NCBI GenBank assembly: GCA_005223125.1
Contig: NJBH01000003.1
Location: forward strand, 164,303 to 228,302
Length of the DNA stretch: 64,000 nucleotides
Direction: 5' to 3'
Source of the DNA: Promethearchaeota archaeon Loki_b32
GTDB taxonomy: Archaea > Asgardarchaeota > Lokiarchaeia > Sigyniarchaeales > SOKP01
In this document: one piece after another, positions 30,828 through 42,467 of the stretch
How positions within the stretch are numbered: the first letter of the stretch is position 1
Layout of the letters: each line of letters opens with the position of its first letter
Translations under genes and position numbers: made by a program
The notes under the pieces: model-generated
The model's input: the letters and a program-made list of their open reading frames with translations, nothing else
The model's database searches: none
What the model was told of the DNA's origin: nothing

Positions 30828-31808
30828 TTAAATATATTTTGCTTGATCTGCTGACCCTAGTACTTCTTTATTTCTTCGTTTTATCATATCAACAAACTCT
30901 TGACGAGCTAATCCTAAATACTTTCTTGGACCAATTTGATCTGGATGTTCTGCTAAATATTTTCTTACCATGGCTGTAAAAACCATTCTACTATCTGTTG
31001 CAATATTAATTTTGCACACTCCGTATTGAGTTGCTTTTTTTAATTGAGCTTCAGGAATTCCAAATGCTTTTGTTAATGAACCTCCATATTCATTAATTAT
31101 TTTAGCATATTTTTGAGGTATAGAAGAAGATCCATGCAAAACGATTGGAAAGGTTCCTAAGCGTTTCCTGACTTCTTGAAGTATATCAAACCGTAATTCT
31201 GGAATATCTTCTTCTCTTTCTACTTTAAATTTATATGCCCCATGGGAAGTTCCTATAGCAATTGCCAAAGAATCGCATCCAGCCCTGTTTACAAAATCTT
31301 CTACTTGATTGGGATCAGTGTAAAAGTGTTCGGTTGCTTTTACATGTCCTTCAATACCCGCAATAACTCCCAATTCTGCTTCTACACTAACTTCTCTTTC
31401 ATGAGCATAAGAAACAATTTTTTTGATAATATTAATGTTTTCATCATATTCTAAATGGCTTCCATCAAACATGACACTTGAAAAACCGTTATCTATACAA
31501 GTTTTCGCTAATTCAAAAGAATTTCCATGATCCAAATGTAATGCAATTGGTATATTATAACCCAAATCCTTTGCCATCGCTACTGCACCCTCACCAAGAT
31601 ATCTAACCATAGCTTGGTTTGCATATTCTCCTGCTGTTGGACTGTTTTGAAGAATTACTGGTGAATTAGTTTCACCACAACCTATAATAATAGCCTGTAA
31701 CTGCTCTAAATTACTAAAATTATATCCAGGGATAGCAAATTTTCTTTCCAAAGCCACTTCAAACATTCTTTTTGTATTGGATAACCCTAAATCTTTAAAC
31801 GAGACCAT
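30828..31808 (-). CDS. fba: Class II fructose-1,6-bisphosphate aldolase
   Basis: LHLDHG, SVMFDGS, VEAELG, GTSHG, VLHGSS, KINIATD. Confidence 0.95.
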   Translation of the reverse strand: MVSFKDLGLSNTKRMFEVALERKFAIPGYNFSNLEQLQAIIIGCGETNSPVILQNSPTAGEYANQAMVRYLGEGAVAMAKDLGYNIPIALHLDHGNSFELAKTCIDNGFSSVMFDGSHLEYDENINIIKKIVSYAHEREVSVEAELGVIAGIEGHVKATEHFYTDPNQVEDFVNRAGCDSLAIAIGTSHGAYKFKVEREEDIPELRFDILQEVRKRLGTFPIVLHGSSSIPQKYAKIINEYGGSLTKAFGIPEAQLKKATQYGVCKINIATDSRMVFTAMVRKYLAEHPDQIGPRKYLGLARQEFVDMIKRRNKEVLGSADQAKYI

Positions 31809-31995
31809 AATAATAATGAAATAACTATACTAATATAAATGTTGATAACCAAGTATTGTATAAATTAATCATGATTGTTTTATTGGGAGGAGTAGATATC
31901 TTGTTCGTCTTTTTATTTATTGAATTTCTATTTAACTATAAGAAACTTTAAAAAAATCAGCCAAAAAGAGAAAATTAATAAAAAAAAATTTTGTT

Positions 31996-32889
31996 TTATG
32001 GGGGTACTGTAATTTTTAGTTTATTCTTTAATTCCTTATATCGAGAACGAAGAGTCACTTCTGTAACCCCTACAGAAACTACAATTTGCTGCTGAGTAAG
32101 ATCTTTATTCTTCATTCTGCTAGCAAGATATATTGCCCCAGCACATAAACCTTTTGGATCTTTTCCACTAATAGAAAATTTTGCTCTATAAGAGTTTAAT
32201 ATTTTGGTTGTTAATTGTTCTATCTCTGAATCTAATCCTAATTCATTTATGTATCGTGGAATAAGAGACACCGGATCAGTTGATGGAGATTTTAAATTAA
32301 ATTCCCGGATTAATATTGAGTAACTTCTTCTTACATCCTTGGCATTTGCAGATGCTTCATTTGTTATTTCTTGAAGCGTTCTTGGAAGTTGTTTTCTTCT
32401 ACATGCTAAGTATAAGCACGCAGCAACCATAGCATTTATAGATCTTCCTCTTAGTAATTTCTTCTTAAAAGCTTCTCGATAAAGACGCATAGCATCTTCT
32501 CTAGTGTAAATAGGTAAATTCAAATTTGTGCTAATTCGTTTTAATTCAGTGGATGCAATTAATAAGTTTCTTTTTTGCCATGTAATTCTCGTATTCCATT
32601 TAGCAGCTCTTTTTAAATCAGGATTGTTTATTTTATTTCTATCTATAACCGTACTTAATCCCATATCTGGTAATAATATTGAAATTGGAGCCCCCGTTTG
32701 CTCTCTATTATTTTTTTCTTGATTAGTATATGCTCTCCTTCCATTACGTGTAAAATCAACACTCTTTTCATTGATTACTAATCCACATTGATTACATACA
32801 ACGTCTCCAGTCTCAATCAATGGAATTATTGATCCCCCACATTCAGGACAAACATTTACCAAAACATTACTTTTTGTATTTAAACCCAT
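31996..32889 (-). CDS. tfb: Transcription initiation factor IIB
   Basis: CPECG..CNQCG zinc ribbon, LLRGRS, PRTLQEI, GKDPKGL, VTEVTLRSRY. Confidence 0.96.
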   Translation of the reverse strand: MGLNTKSNVLVNVCPECGGSIIPLIETGDVVCNQCGLVINEKSVDFTRNGRRAYTNQEKNNREQTGAPISILLPDMGLSTVIDRNKINNPDLKRAAKWNTRITWQKRNLLIASTELKRISTNLNLPIYTREDAMRLYREAFKKKLLRGRSINAMVAACLYLACRRKQLPRTLQEITNEASANAKDVRRSYSILIREFNLKSPSTDPVSLIPRYINELGLDSEIEQLTTKILNSYRAKFSISGKDPKGLCAGAIYLASRMKNKDLTQQQIVVSVGVTEVTLRSRYKELKNKLKITVPP

Positions 32890-32991
32890 TTTAATATCCT
32901 CACTATACTAATTTTAATTAAAATTATAAAACAATTGTAGACCAATTATTAATTCCCCACTAGTTCCTAATTTTAGTCTCATCTTAATTCA

Positions 32992-34002
32992 TTAAACTCC
33001 CAATACTTGTAATTTTTCTAATAGTTCTTTCTGATTCTTATTTAGCTTTTTAGGAACTTGTATTTTAATTTTAATCAATAAATTTCCTCTTTGATTAGAG
33101 TTCATTTTATAAAAACCTTGATTCTTAAGTCTTAACAATGATGAGTTATTAGTTCCAGGGGGAACTGTTACATTTAATGTGTTTTCAATTCCTGATACTT
33201 GAATTTTTCCTCCAAGTGCCGCAGTGGTAAAAGGAACTTCTTGTCCAATTAGAATATCATCATCTCTTCTCTCAAATTTAGGATGATTTTTTACATGTAT
33301 AGAAATATAGAGATCGCCATGAGCACCTCCATTTTCTCCGGGCATACCTTTTCCTTTTAATCGTAATTTTTGATCATTTTTAATTCCTCTTGGAATGTTT
33401 ACATTTAGTGACTTCATCTGACCAGTAATTGGATCTTTATACTGGACCTTTTTTTTTCCTCCCCCAAAAGCATCCATAAAATCAATTTCCATATCATATC
33501 TCAAATCTTCCCCTTCTCTTGGAACATTATTATAATTAGGAGATCTTGCTCTTGTACTCCCATTACCCCTCCTATTAAAAACATCAAAAATATCACCTAA
33601 ATCATTGAAAAAATCGAATCCACCACCTCTACTTCCAGAACTATTATGGTTTCCAAAAATTTCACTAAAATCGAAACCTCCCGGTGAATCCGATGAAGAA
33701 TAATAGTAGGTTGTACCATCTGGACTTTGACGAACTCCTGCACCTCTTGGTGCTCCTCCCCAATTTTGATATGTTGATGCATCGCCTTCTACAACTCCAA
33801 ATCTATCATACATATCTCGTTTTTTATCATCACTTAAAAATGAATAAGCTTCGTTTATCTCCTTAAATTTTTCTCCCGATTTTGGTTCATCAGGATTTAC
33901 ATCAGGATGATATTTTCGAGCCATTTTGCGAAAGGCTCTTTTAATTTCTTCTTTTGAAGCTCCTTTATTAATTCCTAATGTTTTATAATAATCTTTTGCC
34001 AT
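32992..34002 (-). CDS. dnaJ: J-domain co-chaperone lacking the zinc finger (class B DnaJ/CbpA-like)
   Basis: DYYKTLG, HPD, G/F-rich region, C-terminal domain; no CxxCxGxG. Confidence 0.9.
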   Translation of the reverse strand: MAKDYYKTLGINKGASKEEIKRAFRKMARKYHPDVNPDEPKSGEKFKEINEAYSFLSDDKKRDMYDRFGVVEGDASTYQNWGGAPRGAGVRQSPDGTTYYYSSSDSPGGFDFSEIFGNHNSSGSRGGGFDFFNDLGDIFDVFNRRGNGSTRARSPNYNNVPREGEDLRYDMEIDFMDAFGGGKKKVQYKDPITGQMKSLNVNIPRGIKNDQKLRLKGKGMPGENGGAHGDLYISIHVKNHPKFERRDDDILIGQEVPFTTAALGGKIQVSGIENTLNVTVPPGTNNSSLLRLKNQGFYKMNSNQRGNLLIKIKIQVPKKLNKNQKELLEKLQVLGV

Positions 34003-34091
34003 ATTTTACAACCTCTTTCTAATAATGATGATTAATAATTTAATTAACGTTAAATTCAAAAAAAATAAAAAAATAATAAAAAAAATTAATT

Positions 34092-35990
34092 TTACTCATA
34101 CTCAGCATCAACTACATTATCATCTTGGCCTGTTGCTCTTCTAAATTGCTCTTCTTCAATTTCGTCTTGAGTTTTTCCTTGATAATCATGTGCACCTGGT
34201 GAAACATCTCCCATACCTCCAGGTGGGGCACCTTGGTAAGGTCCTTGTTGTTGTCCATAAATTCGAGATGAAACTTCGTGTAGCGAATTCTGTAAATTTT
34301 CCATGGAACTATTAATTCTATTAACATCATCAGATTCCATCGCACTTCTTAAATCAGAGATCTTATCAAGAATATTTGATTTTAGATCTCCAATAACCGC
34401 TTCATTTTCTTTCATTAGCTTTTCAGTTTGGTAAATTAACGATTCTCCATGGTTTTTGGCTTCAGTTAATTCTTTGAATTTTCTGTCTTCCTCTGCATTT
34501 CGCTCAGACTCTCGAATTTTTTGATCAATTTCATCATCAGACATCTTAGTGGATGCTGTGATTGTTATTGATTGACTTTTTCCAGTACCTTTATCTTTGG
34601 CGGAAACATTTAGAATTCCATTTTGATCGATATCAAAAGTCACTTCGATCTGTGGCACTCCCCTTGGAGCTGGTGGAATGCCATTCAAATGAAACCTTCC
34701 TAATGTTATATTATCGGCCGCTCTTGGTCTTTCACCTTGTAATACATGAATTTCTACTGCTGGTTGATTATCAGCTGCCGTTGAAAAAATCTCAGCTTTT
34801 TTAGTTGGAATTGTTGTATTTCTTTCAATTAATTTTGTAAAGACACCACCTAATGTTTCGACTCCTAATGATAAGGGTGTTACATCAAGCAATAGTAAAT
34901 CCTCTACTTCACCAGTCAATACTCCACCTTGAATTGAAGCACCCATCGCAACACACTCCATTGGATCGATACTACGCTCTGGCGTTTTTCCCAATAAATC
35001 TTCGAATTTCTTCTGTATAACTGGCATTCTTGTAGGACCTCCTACTAAAATGGTTTTATCGATTTCTCCTCTTGCCATCCCAGCATCTTGTAAAGCTTTT
35101 AAGATTGAAGTATCCAATCTCTTTAATACAGGCTCAATCAATTGTTCCAATTTAGCTCTTGTAAGTGTCATATTAAGATGTTTTGGTCCATCATTTGTAG
35201 CTGTTATATAAGGTAAATTAATATCTGTTGTAATCGCCGTGGATAATTCAATTTTAGCTTTTTCAGCTGCTTCCCGAATTCTTTGCATTGCTACGGAATC
35301 CCCTCTTAAATCTACACCCTGATCTCTCTGAAATTCTGAAGCAATATGATCAACAAGTATCTTATCCATATCTGTGCCTCCTAATTGAGTATCTCCTGCT
35401 GTAGAAATCACTTCAAACACTTGATTATCCATCTCCATTATAGTAACGTCAAAAGTACCGCCACCAAGATCCAATATCGCGATTTTAAGTCTTGCATCTT
35501 TCTTATCTAATCCATAAGCTACAGCTGCAGCAGTGGGTTCGTTAATTAAACGCTTAACATTTAATCCCGCGATCTTGCCTGCATCCTTCGTAGCTTGTCT
35601 TTGATTATCGTTAAAATATGCTGGAACCGTAATAATTGCATCAGTAACTTCTTCCCCTAAATAAGCACTGGCATCTTCTTTGATCTTCCTTAAAATCATT
35701 GCGGATATCTCTTGAGGTGAATAATCCTTACCATCTATGTTCACCTTATAAGATGTTCCCATCTTCCTCTTTATAGCTGTAATTGTACGATCTGGATTTG
35801 AGATCGCTTGTCTTCTCGCAGGCTCTCCTACTAATCTCTGATCATCTTTCGTAAACGCCACTACAGAAGGAAATGCCTTGCCACCCAAGGTTAAACCCTC
35901 TGCACTTGGAATTATTGTTGGTTTGCCGCCAATTAATACAGCTGCTGCTGAGTTTGACGTTCCTAAGTCAATTCCTATTATTTTTCCCAT
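34092..35990 (-). CDS. dnaK: Hsp70 chaperone DnaK
   Basis: [34 protein letters not shown]. Confidence 0.98.
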   Translation of the reverse strand: MGKIIGIDLGTSNSAAAVLIGGKPTIIPSAEGLTLGGKAFPSVVAFTKDDQRLVGEPARRQAISNPDRTITAIKRKMGTSYKVNIDGKDYSPQEISAMILRKIKEDASAYLGEEVTDAIITVPAYFNDNQRQATKDAGKIAGLNVKRLINEPTAAAVAYGLDKKDARLKIAILDLGGGTFDVTIMEMDNQVFEVISTAGDTQLGGTDMDKILVDHIASEFQRDQGVDLRGDSVAMQRIREAAEKAKIELSTAITTDINLPYITATNDGPKHLNMTLTRAKLEQLIEPVLKRLDTSILKALQDAGMARGEIDKTILVGGPTRMPVIQKKFEDLLGKTPERSIDPMECVAMGASIQGGVLTGEVEDLLLLDVTPLSLGVETLGGVFTKLIERNTTIPTKKAEIFSTAADNQPAVEIHVLQGERPRAADNITLGRFHLNGIPPAPRGVPQIEVTFDIDQNGILNVSAKDKGTGKSQSITITASTKMSDDEIDQKIRESERNAEEDRKFKELTEAKNHGESLIYQTEKLMKENEAVIGDLKSNILDKISDLRSAMESDDVNRINSSMENLQNSLHEVSSRIYGQQQGPYQGAPPGGMGDVSPGAHDYQGKTQDEIEEEQFRRATGQDDNVVDAEYE

Positions 35991-36036
35991 ATTTTCTCAC
36001 TCCGTTTTATTATTTATTTTAATAATTTTGATTTTT

Positions 36037-36765
36037 TTAATTTTCATTTAAATTCTTTAATTTTGATTTTTTTGAGATTTTGACCTTAGCAGGTCTTAAA
36101 ATCTTATCTTTTAAATAATAACCTTTAGTTATTTCTTCTAATATTGTATTTTCAGGGAGATCATCCCAACCTTCCTCAACTATTACTGCTTCATGTTTGT
36201 ATGGATCAAATTTCTCACCTTCCGAATTCATTGGTTTTGCTCCCTCTTCTGATAGAATTTTATCGAAATTCTTTACTATAATTTCAAAGCCTTTCTTAAT
36301 TCCATCAACGTTTTCAAGCATCTGCAGTAGATTTAATGCTCTTACTAAGTCATCATAATGATCAATCAACTTTATTAACATAGTTTCTAAAACATATGAT
36401 TTGTACCTATCATTCTCTCTTTCTGAACGCTTCTTATAATTTTCAAAATCAGCGCGTACTCGTAAAAGTGAATTTAAATATTTCTCCTTTTCCTCCAGCA
36501 ATTCTTTAAATTTCCGACCATCGTCCTTCATGTCATCAAGTTCTTTTAGTAAACGGTCATTTTGAGTCTTAATTTTTTTATGTTCCTCTACTAATGCTTC
36601 ATACTTCTCTGCTTTCGCTTTAAGAAGCTTATAATCACTTCTTAAAACCGAAATCTGATTTGGCGAACCACGCGAAAAACCACGATCGTTCCTAAACTTG
36701 TCAAAATATTCTTCAAATGCCATAGGTCTTATATCTCCCATTTCATTTCTAAATTTATATGTCAT
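36037..36765 (-). CDS. grpE: Nucleotide exchange factor GrpE
   Basis: RADFENYKKR, FDPYKHEAV, KGY..K..LRPAKV; first gene of the dnaK operon. Confidence 0.95.
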   Translation of the reverse strand: MTYKFRNEMGDIRPMAFEEYFDKFRNDRGFSRGSPNQISVLRSDYKLLKAKAEKYEALVEEHKKIKTQNDRLLKELDDMKDDGRKFKELLEEKEKYLNSLLRVRADFENYKKRSERENDRYKSYVLETMLIKLIDHYDDLVRALNLLQMLENVDGIKKGFEIIVKNFDKILSEEGAKPMNSEGEKFDPYKHEAVIVEEGWDDLPENTILEEITKGYYLKDKILRPAKVKISKKSKLKNLNEN

Positions 36766-36801
36766 TTTTCTATTTTTTGAGTTTTAAACCCCATTTTTTT
36801 A

Positions 36802-36835
36802 TGTCATATTTCAGGTTGTCAACCTTGAATTGACA
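36802..36835. promoter_or_regulatory. Palindromic operator candidate upstream of grpE-dnaK-dnaJ
   Basis: TGTCA...TTC-AGGTTG-T-CAACCT-TGAA..TGACA; TATA-like TTTAAATA on the minus strand at ~36857-36864. Confidence 0.65.
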
Positions 36836-37125
36836 ATATATATATGTAAACCAAGATATTTAAATGTTGCGTTTTTAAAAAATACATCAAAACAAAGAGA
36901 AATTGATGCGTAGTCAGTAAAATCAATGTTTCATTTTGAAAAAATAAATGATTGTTTTATTGAAAATACTTATTTTTGGAGCTATTTGTTTTCCAAATAA
37001 TGATTTGGAAATTTTTTTTTAAATGTAAAATTGAGTTCTTTACTTTTGTATTATAGACAGTCAGGATATTCTTTTTATAATTATAATAGGATTTATTAAA
37101 AAATGGAATTTGATGTTATTATTAT

Positions 37126-37734
37126 ATGGATTATGTAAAGGTGCATAATAAAAGGATAGCAATAGATAAGAATATCTTATATTTAGAAAGCTTCAATATA
37201 AAAAAAATCAGTGAAATAAAAAGACTTAAACGTTTATCAAATCTAAGGGAACTTTATTTAGAAAAGAATAAGATAGCTGAAATTGAACGTTTTGATCATC
37301 TCGTTAATTTGAAAAAACTTCATTTAGAGGCTAATAATATTATAGAGATTAAAGGATTAGATTTTCTTGTTAACATAATAGAGTTAGAATTGAGAGGGAA
37401 CCAAATTGTAACAATTAAAGGCTTATATAAACTAAATAATTTGAAGAGATTAGATTTAAGTATGAATAGAATTTCAAAAATCGAAGGATTAGAAAATTTA
37501 ACTAATCTTGAGTTTTTAGATCTGAGTCACAACCAAATAATAGAAATTGATGGCTTAGAAGGATTAGAGAACTTAAAGATTCTTGATCTGAGTAATAATC
37601 CAATTTCAGAAGTCAAAGGTCTAAAGAATCTTAATAATTTATCACAACTAACTCTTAATGAAACAAAAATACCTCAAAAACCAAATTTAGATTATCTTCC
37701 TAAGCTAGAAAATGTTTACTATAGGCCCTTGTAG
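37126..37734 (+). CDS. Leucine-rich repeat protein (22-aa SDS22-like repeats)
   Basis: LxxLxxLxLxxNxIxxIxGL repeated ~7 times. Confidence 0.92.
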   Translation: MDYVKVHNKRIAIDKNILYLESFNIKKISEIKRLKRLSNLRELYLEKNKIAEIERFDHLVNLKKLHLEANNIIEIKGLDFLVNIIELELRGNQIVTIKGLYKLNNLKRLDLSMNRISKIEGLENLTNLEFLDLSHNQIIEIDGLEGLENLKILDLSNNPISEVKGLKNLNNLSQLTLNETKIPQKPNLDYLPKLENVYYRPL

Positions 37735-37814
37735 TAATTAAATTGTAGATAACTACTGTTTTTTTAATTTATAAAATTCGTGGTTTTTTTAAACCGCAAT
37801 TTAACAGATGAGTA

Positions 37815-38846
37815 ATGGAAAAAGACAAAAAAAATATTCTTGCTTATAATTTTAAATTAGGTAAGATTTTCAATATTTTAGATGGTTTGCCCGAAGATTT
37901 TCAAAATTTTACTTGGTTATGTACAATTTGTAAAAAACCACTATTTTACAATGAAGATTTAAATTGTTTTTTACATAAGGGTAATAGGAGCTATTGCTTT
38001 GAGCCAGAAACAATAGAACATAAAACTATGAAAGCTTATTGGTATGTGATGTTCCCAAAATTCAATCAGGTATCTTTGAAAAAATTAGAATATAAAATAG
38101 GAGATCAAATTGCCGATGTGTATTTTGAGCTTCGGAATGGAAAGAAGGTTGTTATTGAATGCCAAAATTCTCAAATAAGTAAAAGAAAACTAATTATGCG
38201 AACAAAAAATTATACAAGTAAGGGAATCTATGTACTGTGGATATTCAACGGCCACGGAACTTGTGTTTCTGATAAAAAAAATCCTAAAATTGAGGAGGAG
38301 GTAGGAGTGTTAGGGATGGAAAAAAGAGTCCATTCTCTATACGGTGGTCGGGTATATTACATGAATGTGCTGGGAAAAAAAATAGTTAATCCTCCATTTG
38401 CTCTTCATCTAACTCCTTTCTTTAAGCATAAGGAATCTGAATATAATTATCTTGGGTATGATAAATATTATAAAGATAAACGGAGCACTATTCTTGGCAA
38501 AATTCCCGATTACAAGATAATCTGTATAGAAGATAAGGGATATAAGTTAGCTCGATTTACAGATAAGCATGTGAGTACTTTATGTACGGAACAAATAAAT
38601 AGACATATTAGGGGAATTTGCCAAAAATAAATACTCAAAGGAGAAACCATTAACGATATGATTAATATCTCATTAAAATCAATTATTTCTGAAGTCAAAA
38701 ATCAGTATGGATTTCATTTACCTCACTTAATCTTAAAAAAATCGAAAAAAATCAAAAAAATTAGTATTATAAAACTTTTAGATGATAAGTATAACATTCA
38801 TGATGTAATTACGGTTCGAATTTCTGATTATCTTGAATCACAGTAG
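37815..38846 (+). pseudogene. CoiA-like PD-(D/E)xK nuclease with an in-frame TAA at 38628-38630
   Basis: ET.EH, IADVY, VIECQNS, RT..Y...GIYVLWI; ORF 38658-38846 is in the same frame after a single stop. Confidence 0.7.
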
Positions 38847-38958
38847 AGTTCAATAATAAGCAAATTAAGGTATTATTATGAAATTTTTTATATGAACTGG
38901 AGAAATTGTAATGCAAACCAAAATTTAATTTAAAAAAAAATTTTATATGTGATTTTCA

Positions 38959-39609
38959 ATGGTGAAGAAAAAGATCTCGATGATTATTTTAATTGTGGGT
39001 GTGGCATTGTTTATAACTGCTCCAATATTAGGATATTTTCTGGATAAGACGGTATTGTGTAAGAGGAAGCCAGTTGTGATTGACGAAGATAGTGATGACG
39101 GATTAAAGAGTGCCTTTGCATATCCATTTTCAATAGGAAAGGATCAAAAAATAACCATAGAATTTTCAGTCTACTATGCCAACGTTACAGCTACTTTAAA
39201 GATTCTTGGAAAGGGATACTATGATCAGCAATACGCTTTAAATTCTACCCCAGGGGGTCTTACTGGACAAGATTTTGTTTATTCTCAATTTGTATGGGGT
39301 CAATCTCCTTCAGCTGATTCAGATGATGAAAGAAGCATTACTTATAATGGCTATTGGTATATTGAATTTGCGGGGGATACGAGTGGAGGTTATCTCATTT
39401 CAATACCTGGGTCATATGTAATAGTTGTATATGGTGATAATGATGGTCCTCCAGCAGATACTGATGTGTTATTTAATATAGTAATAAAAAAAGATGGACC
39501 TGGAGATTTCTTAGAAGAATTATTCTATTATTTAGGTGCGGGTGTGATAGCGGCTTTAGTTTTGTTCATATCATATAGTTATTATAAAAAATTTAAGGGT
39601 GGTAGATAG
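38959..39609 (+). CDS. Membrane-anchored protein (N- and C-terminal TM, beta-rich ectodomain)
   Basis: Hydrophobic termini; G.YVIVV beta motif. Confidence 0.7.
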   Translation: MVKKKISMIILIVGVALFITAPILGYFLDKTVLCKRKPVVIDEDSDDGLKSAFAYPFSIGKDQKITIEFSVYYANVTATLKILGKGYYDQQYALNSTPGGLTGQDFVYSQFVWGQSPSADSDDERSITYNGYWYIEFAGDTSGGYLISIPGSYVIVVYGDNDGPPADTDVLFNIVIKKDGPGDFLEELFYYLGAGVIAALVLFISYSYYKKFKGGR

Positions 39610-39611
39610 AA

Positions 39612-40076
39612 ATGGGAGAAGAAAAAAGTTTTTTTGATAGATTACCATTGTTGGATAAAAATAAAGCTACAAAATTTATCGTTTATGGGTTATTAGTTGC
39701 AATACTTTTCGGATTAATGATGATGATAAGCCGTTCAATTTCTCAAAATGCATTTTCCTGGCGTGACTTAGCAAATCAAGAAAATGAAATGGATTATTGG
39801 GATGGGGATTATGGTTATAATGATTACATCCAAAGAAGAGAAGAAATTGAACAAATATACTATTGGATGCAATGGCAAGATGTCATCTTTGTGAATATTG
39901 CTCGAGTTGGAGTAAATGTCTCAATGTTTTTCATCCTTATTGGATTTTTAAGTTTTGCGGTAAATGATAAAATCGATGAAAAAACACGTAGAATATTTTT
40001 AATATTAGCAGGGTTAATTTTATTCGTAATAATGTTTACAACGCTCTTCTCTTCAATAAGTATATCTGTATCCTAA
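39612..40076 (+). CDS. Membrane protein (3 TM)
   Basis: Hydrophobic segments; 2-nt gap to the previous gene. Confidence 0.7.
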   Translation: MGEEKSFFDRLPLLDKNKATKFIVYGLLVAILFGLMMMISRSISQNAFSWRDLANQENEMDYWDGDYGYNDYIQRREEIEQIYYWMQWQDVIFVNIARVGVNVSMFFILIGFLSFAVNDKIDEKTRRIFLILAGLILFVIMFTTLFSSISISVS

Positions 40077-40212
40077 TTTTAATTATTCTTTTTTTTTTTA
40101 TTTTGTTTTTTCTGCGATTAAGAATAATCTTATAAGATAAAAAATAATAAAATTAATAGTATAACATATTTCCATTTTTTTACCACTATTATTAACTTTC
40201 TCTCATTTTAAA

Positions 40213-40716
40213 ATGCCTATAAAAGAAAAAAAGAAGCAAACTCTCTTAACAAAACTAAAATGTGTAGTCTGTACTTCTAGAAATAATTTAGAACAATATC
40301 AATATAAACAATCAGTAAAGATGAAAACTTTAACAAAATTAGGGGATAGCTCAAATTTTAAATGTACAATGGAATTACCTATATGTCAAATCTGCAAAAA
40401 GAAGTTTTTTAAATGGAGGATATATAATATTTCATCTATATTAATTTTCGGTTTAGGACTAACAAGCTTAATAACTGGCATCCTTTCTCTGATTTTTCAT
40501 CAAATTCTTGGAGATAGTGGCGTTCCAATAATTGGATTCGGTTTTTTCTTTACTTTAACTAGTTTGATTTTCAGATATTTAATAGGGAAAATCGAATCCA
40601 ACCCAAGTAATTATTTTTTCTATGATTTTATAGGTAAAGTTTTTTATGTGAGACCAAAGGAAGAAACTGATTGGACCCCTTATAGTTTATGGATTAAAAC
40701 TATTGTAAGAGAATGA
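40213..40716 (+). CDS. Zinc-ribbon plus 2-TM membrane protein
   Basis: CVVC...PICQIC followed by two TM helices. Confidence 0.65.
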   Translation: MPIKEKKKQTLLTKLKCVVCTSRNNLEQYQYKQSVKMKTLTKLGDSSNFKCTMELPICQICKKKFFKWRIYNISSILIFGLGLTSLITGILSLIFHQILGDSGVPIIGFGFFFTLTSLIFRYLIGKIESNPSNYFFYDFIGKVFYVRPKEETDWTPYSLWIKTIVRE

Positions 40717-40846
40717 TTAAAGCTAATTGAGAAATAATTGACTTCTATTATCACATAAAATCAATTAAGTACTAATTGTATTACTTTATCAATAATATTA
40801 ATAAAAATTTGGTGTTATTTAAAAATCTGGGATATAAACTACTAAT

Positions 40847-41665
40847 ATGACAACTTTAAGCAAGAAGCGACTGTACCAATATGGCATTCTTGTAGGTGTT
40901 ATAATAGGCAGTGTGGGTGTATTCTTTCTTTACTTAGTGAATTATTCCTTGATATTAAAAGCATTAGCAGAGTATGACGGTGCCTCCCAAGTCGTTCTAA
41001 CTATTTCACTGAGGATCATCCTCTTAATTATAATTTCAGTATATTTATTTAATAAATGGTTTAAGCAAGAAGCGCAATACTTATCTGACATTCCATTCTT
41101 ATTGGGTATGTTTTTTCTTATCTTACTTTTTGGAAAGGCAATTGACATAGTTTGGGACCTTACATTTTTCACTTTTAGCAAAGATGTAATATTGTTCTTT
41201 TTAAAATTTCGGTTCATTATCATCATTTTCGAAGTGGCTCCTCTGATATATCTCGGGTTCGAAATTATTTTTTTTAGGTTAGAGGATAGATTTCCAAAAC
41301 TAAAAAACAATAGGTTCATGAATAAACTAAGAACTAGATTAATTGCGATTATAGTCAGTATTGAATCACTTATCGTAATTATTACTCCAAAATATAATAG
41401 CCTGGGTTTTCTCTTACCTTTTATTGTTATTCCGTCATTACTGGGAATCGTATATATCTTCTTTTTAGCATATAGATTAAACCGTCTTTCTGTGGTAAAA
41501 CCGGGAATTTTAACAATTGGATTTCTGTTATATTTGATTTCAAATATATTTCGTCCATTAATGATGATAATTTTAGGTGAAACGGCAGGTTATATCATAA
41601 TCGCGGAGATAGTGGATATTTTTGTCTTTCTAATCATTTTTCTTGGATTGTATAAGCAAAAATAA
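40847..41665 (+). CDS. Polytopic membrane protein
   Basis: About 7-8 hydrophobic helices. Confidence 0.7.
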   Translation: MTTLSKKRLYQYGILVGVIIGSVGVFFLYLVNYSLILKALAEYDGASQVVLTISLRIILLIIISVYLFNKWFKQEAQYLSDIPFLLGMFFLILLFGKAIDIVWDLTFFTFSKDVILFFLKFRFIIIIFEVAPLIYLGFEIIFFRLEDRFPKLKNNRFMNKLRTRLIAIIVSIESLIVIITPKYNSLGFLLPFIVIPSLLGIVYIFFLAYRLNRLSVVKPGILTIGFLLYLISNIFRPLMMIILGETAGYIIIAEIVDIFVFLIIFLGLYKQK

Positions 41666-41927
41666 GGATGATATTATACTTATATCAAGCTTTTATTATT
41701 GGAGGATAAATTCAAGTAATATCTAAAATCATTCTTTTTTTGAACGAATACTTAAAAGATGACTTGCGGTTTTCCTTTCTCGTGGTATGAGAAAAATTGT
41801 GTAAGATGTGGACCAGAACTATACAATTCTATTAAAGAAAAAGAAATGCTAAAATAGAATTCTCTTTCATAAAAAAGTTAAAAATTTTAAAATAATTTAA
41901 TTTATAAAAAATTTAATATTTAAAGAA

Positions 41928-42452
41928 GTGATTTGTATGGATTTTTACGATGTTGTGAAAAATAGAAGAAGTTATCGAGTTTATAAACCAGATATGCCTG
42001 AAGAAGAAAAGGTGGAAAGAATTATAGAAGCTGCTCGTTTAGCACCAACATGGGCTAATATGCAAGGTGTACATTATATATTAGTAAGAGATACTAAGAA
42101 TGTAAAAGCCGTGTGGGACGCAATTGGACAAGAAACCAAATTTATCGACGCTCCTATATTTATAATTGGTGTAATATCTACAGGTGGTTCTGGAGTAAAT
42201 AAGAGTGGTGAAAAATATTACGGTGTAGACTTTGGAATCTGTTTTGAACATTTAATCTTAGCTGCGACTGCTGAGGGATTAGCAACATGTTGGATTGGTT
42301 GGTTTAACGAAGAAAAGGTTAAAAAAGTATTAAATGTTCCTAAAAAATATAAAGTTATGGGTTTAACGCCTTTAGGATATCCTGTTAAACCTAAGGGAGA
42401 AGTTAAAGAGAGAAACCCTTTTGAAGAGATTGTTCATTATGAACAATTTTAA
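41928..42452 (+). CDS. Nitroreductase family protein
   Basis: RRSYRVY, AARLAPTWANMQ, AEGLATCWIG, LGYP. Confidence 0.93.
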   Translation: MICMDFYDVVKNRRSYRVYKPDMPEEEKVERIIEAARLAPTWANMQGVHYILVRDTKNVKAVWDAIGQETKFIDAPIFIIGVISTGGSGVNKSGEKYYGVDFGICFEHLILAATAEGLATCWIGWFNEEKVKKVLNVPKKYKVMGLTPLGYPVKPKGEVKERNPFEEIVHYEQF

Positions 42453-42467
42453 ATTTATTTTTTAATC

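Noticed and set aside
38600-38660. Possible BHB intron or Sec/Pyl recoding at the CoiA-like stop
   Set aside because: The stop is TAA rather than TGA/TAG, and I found no BHB pairing or SECIS-like hairpin nearby.
41759-41857. Short MTCGF...CVRCG ORF
   Set aside because: Only 32 codons with an incomplete Cys pattern; probably a decayed fragment and too weak to call.
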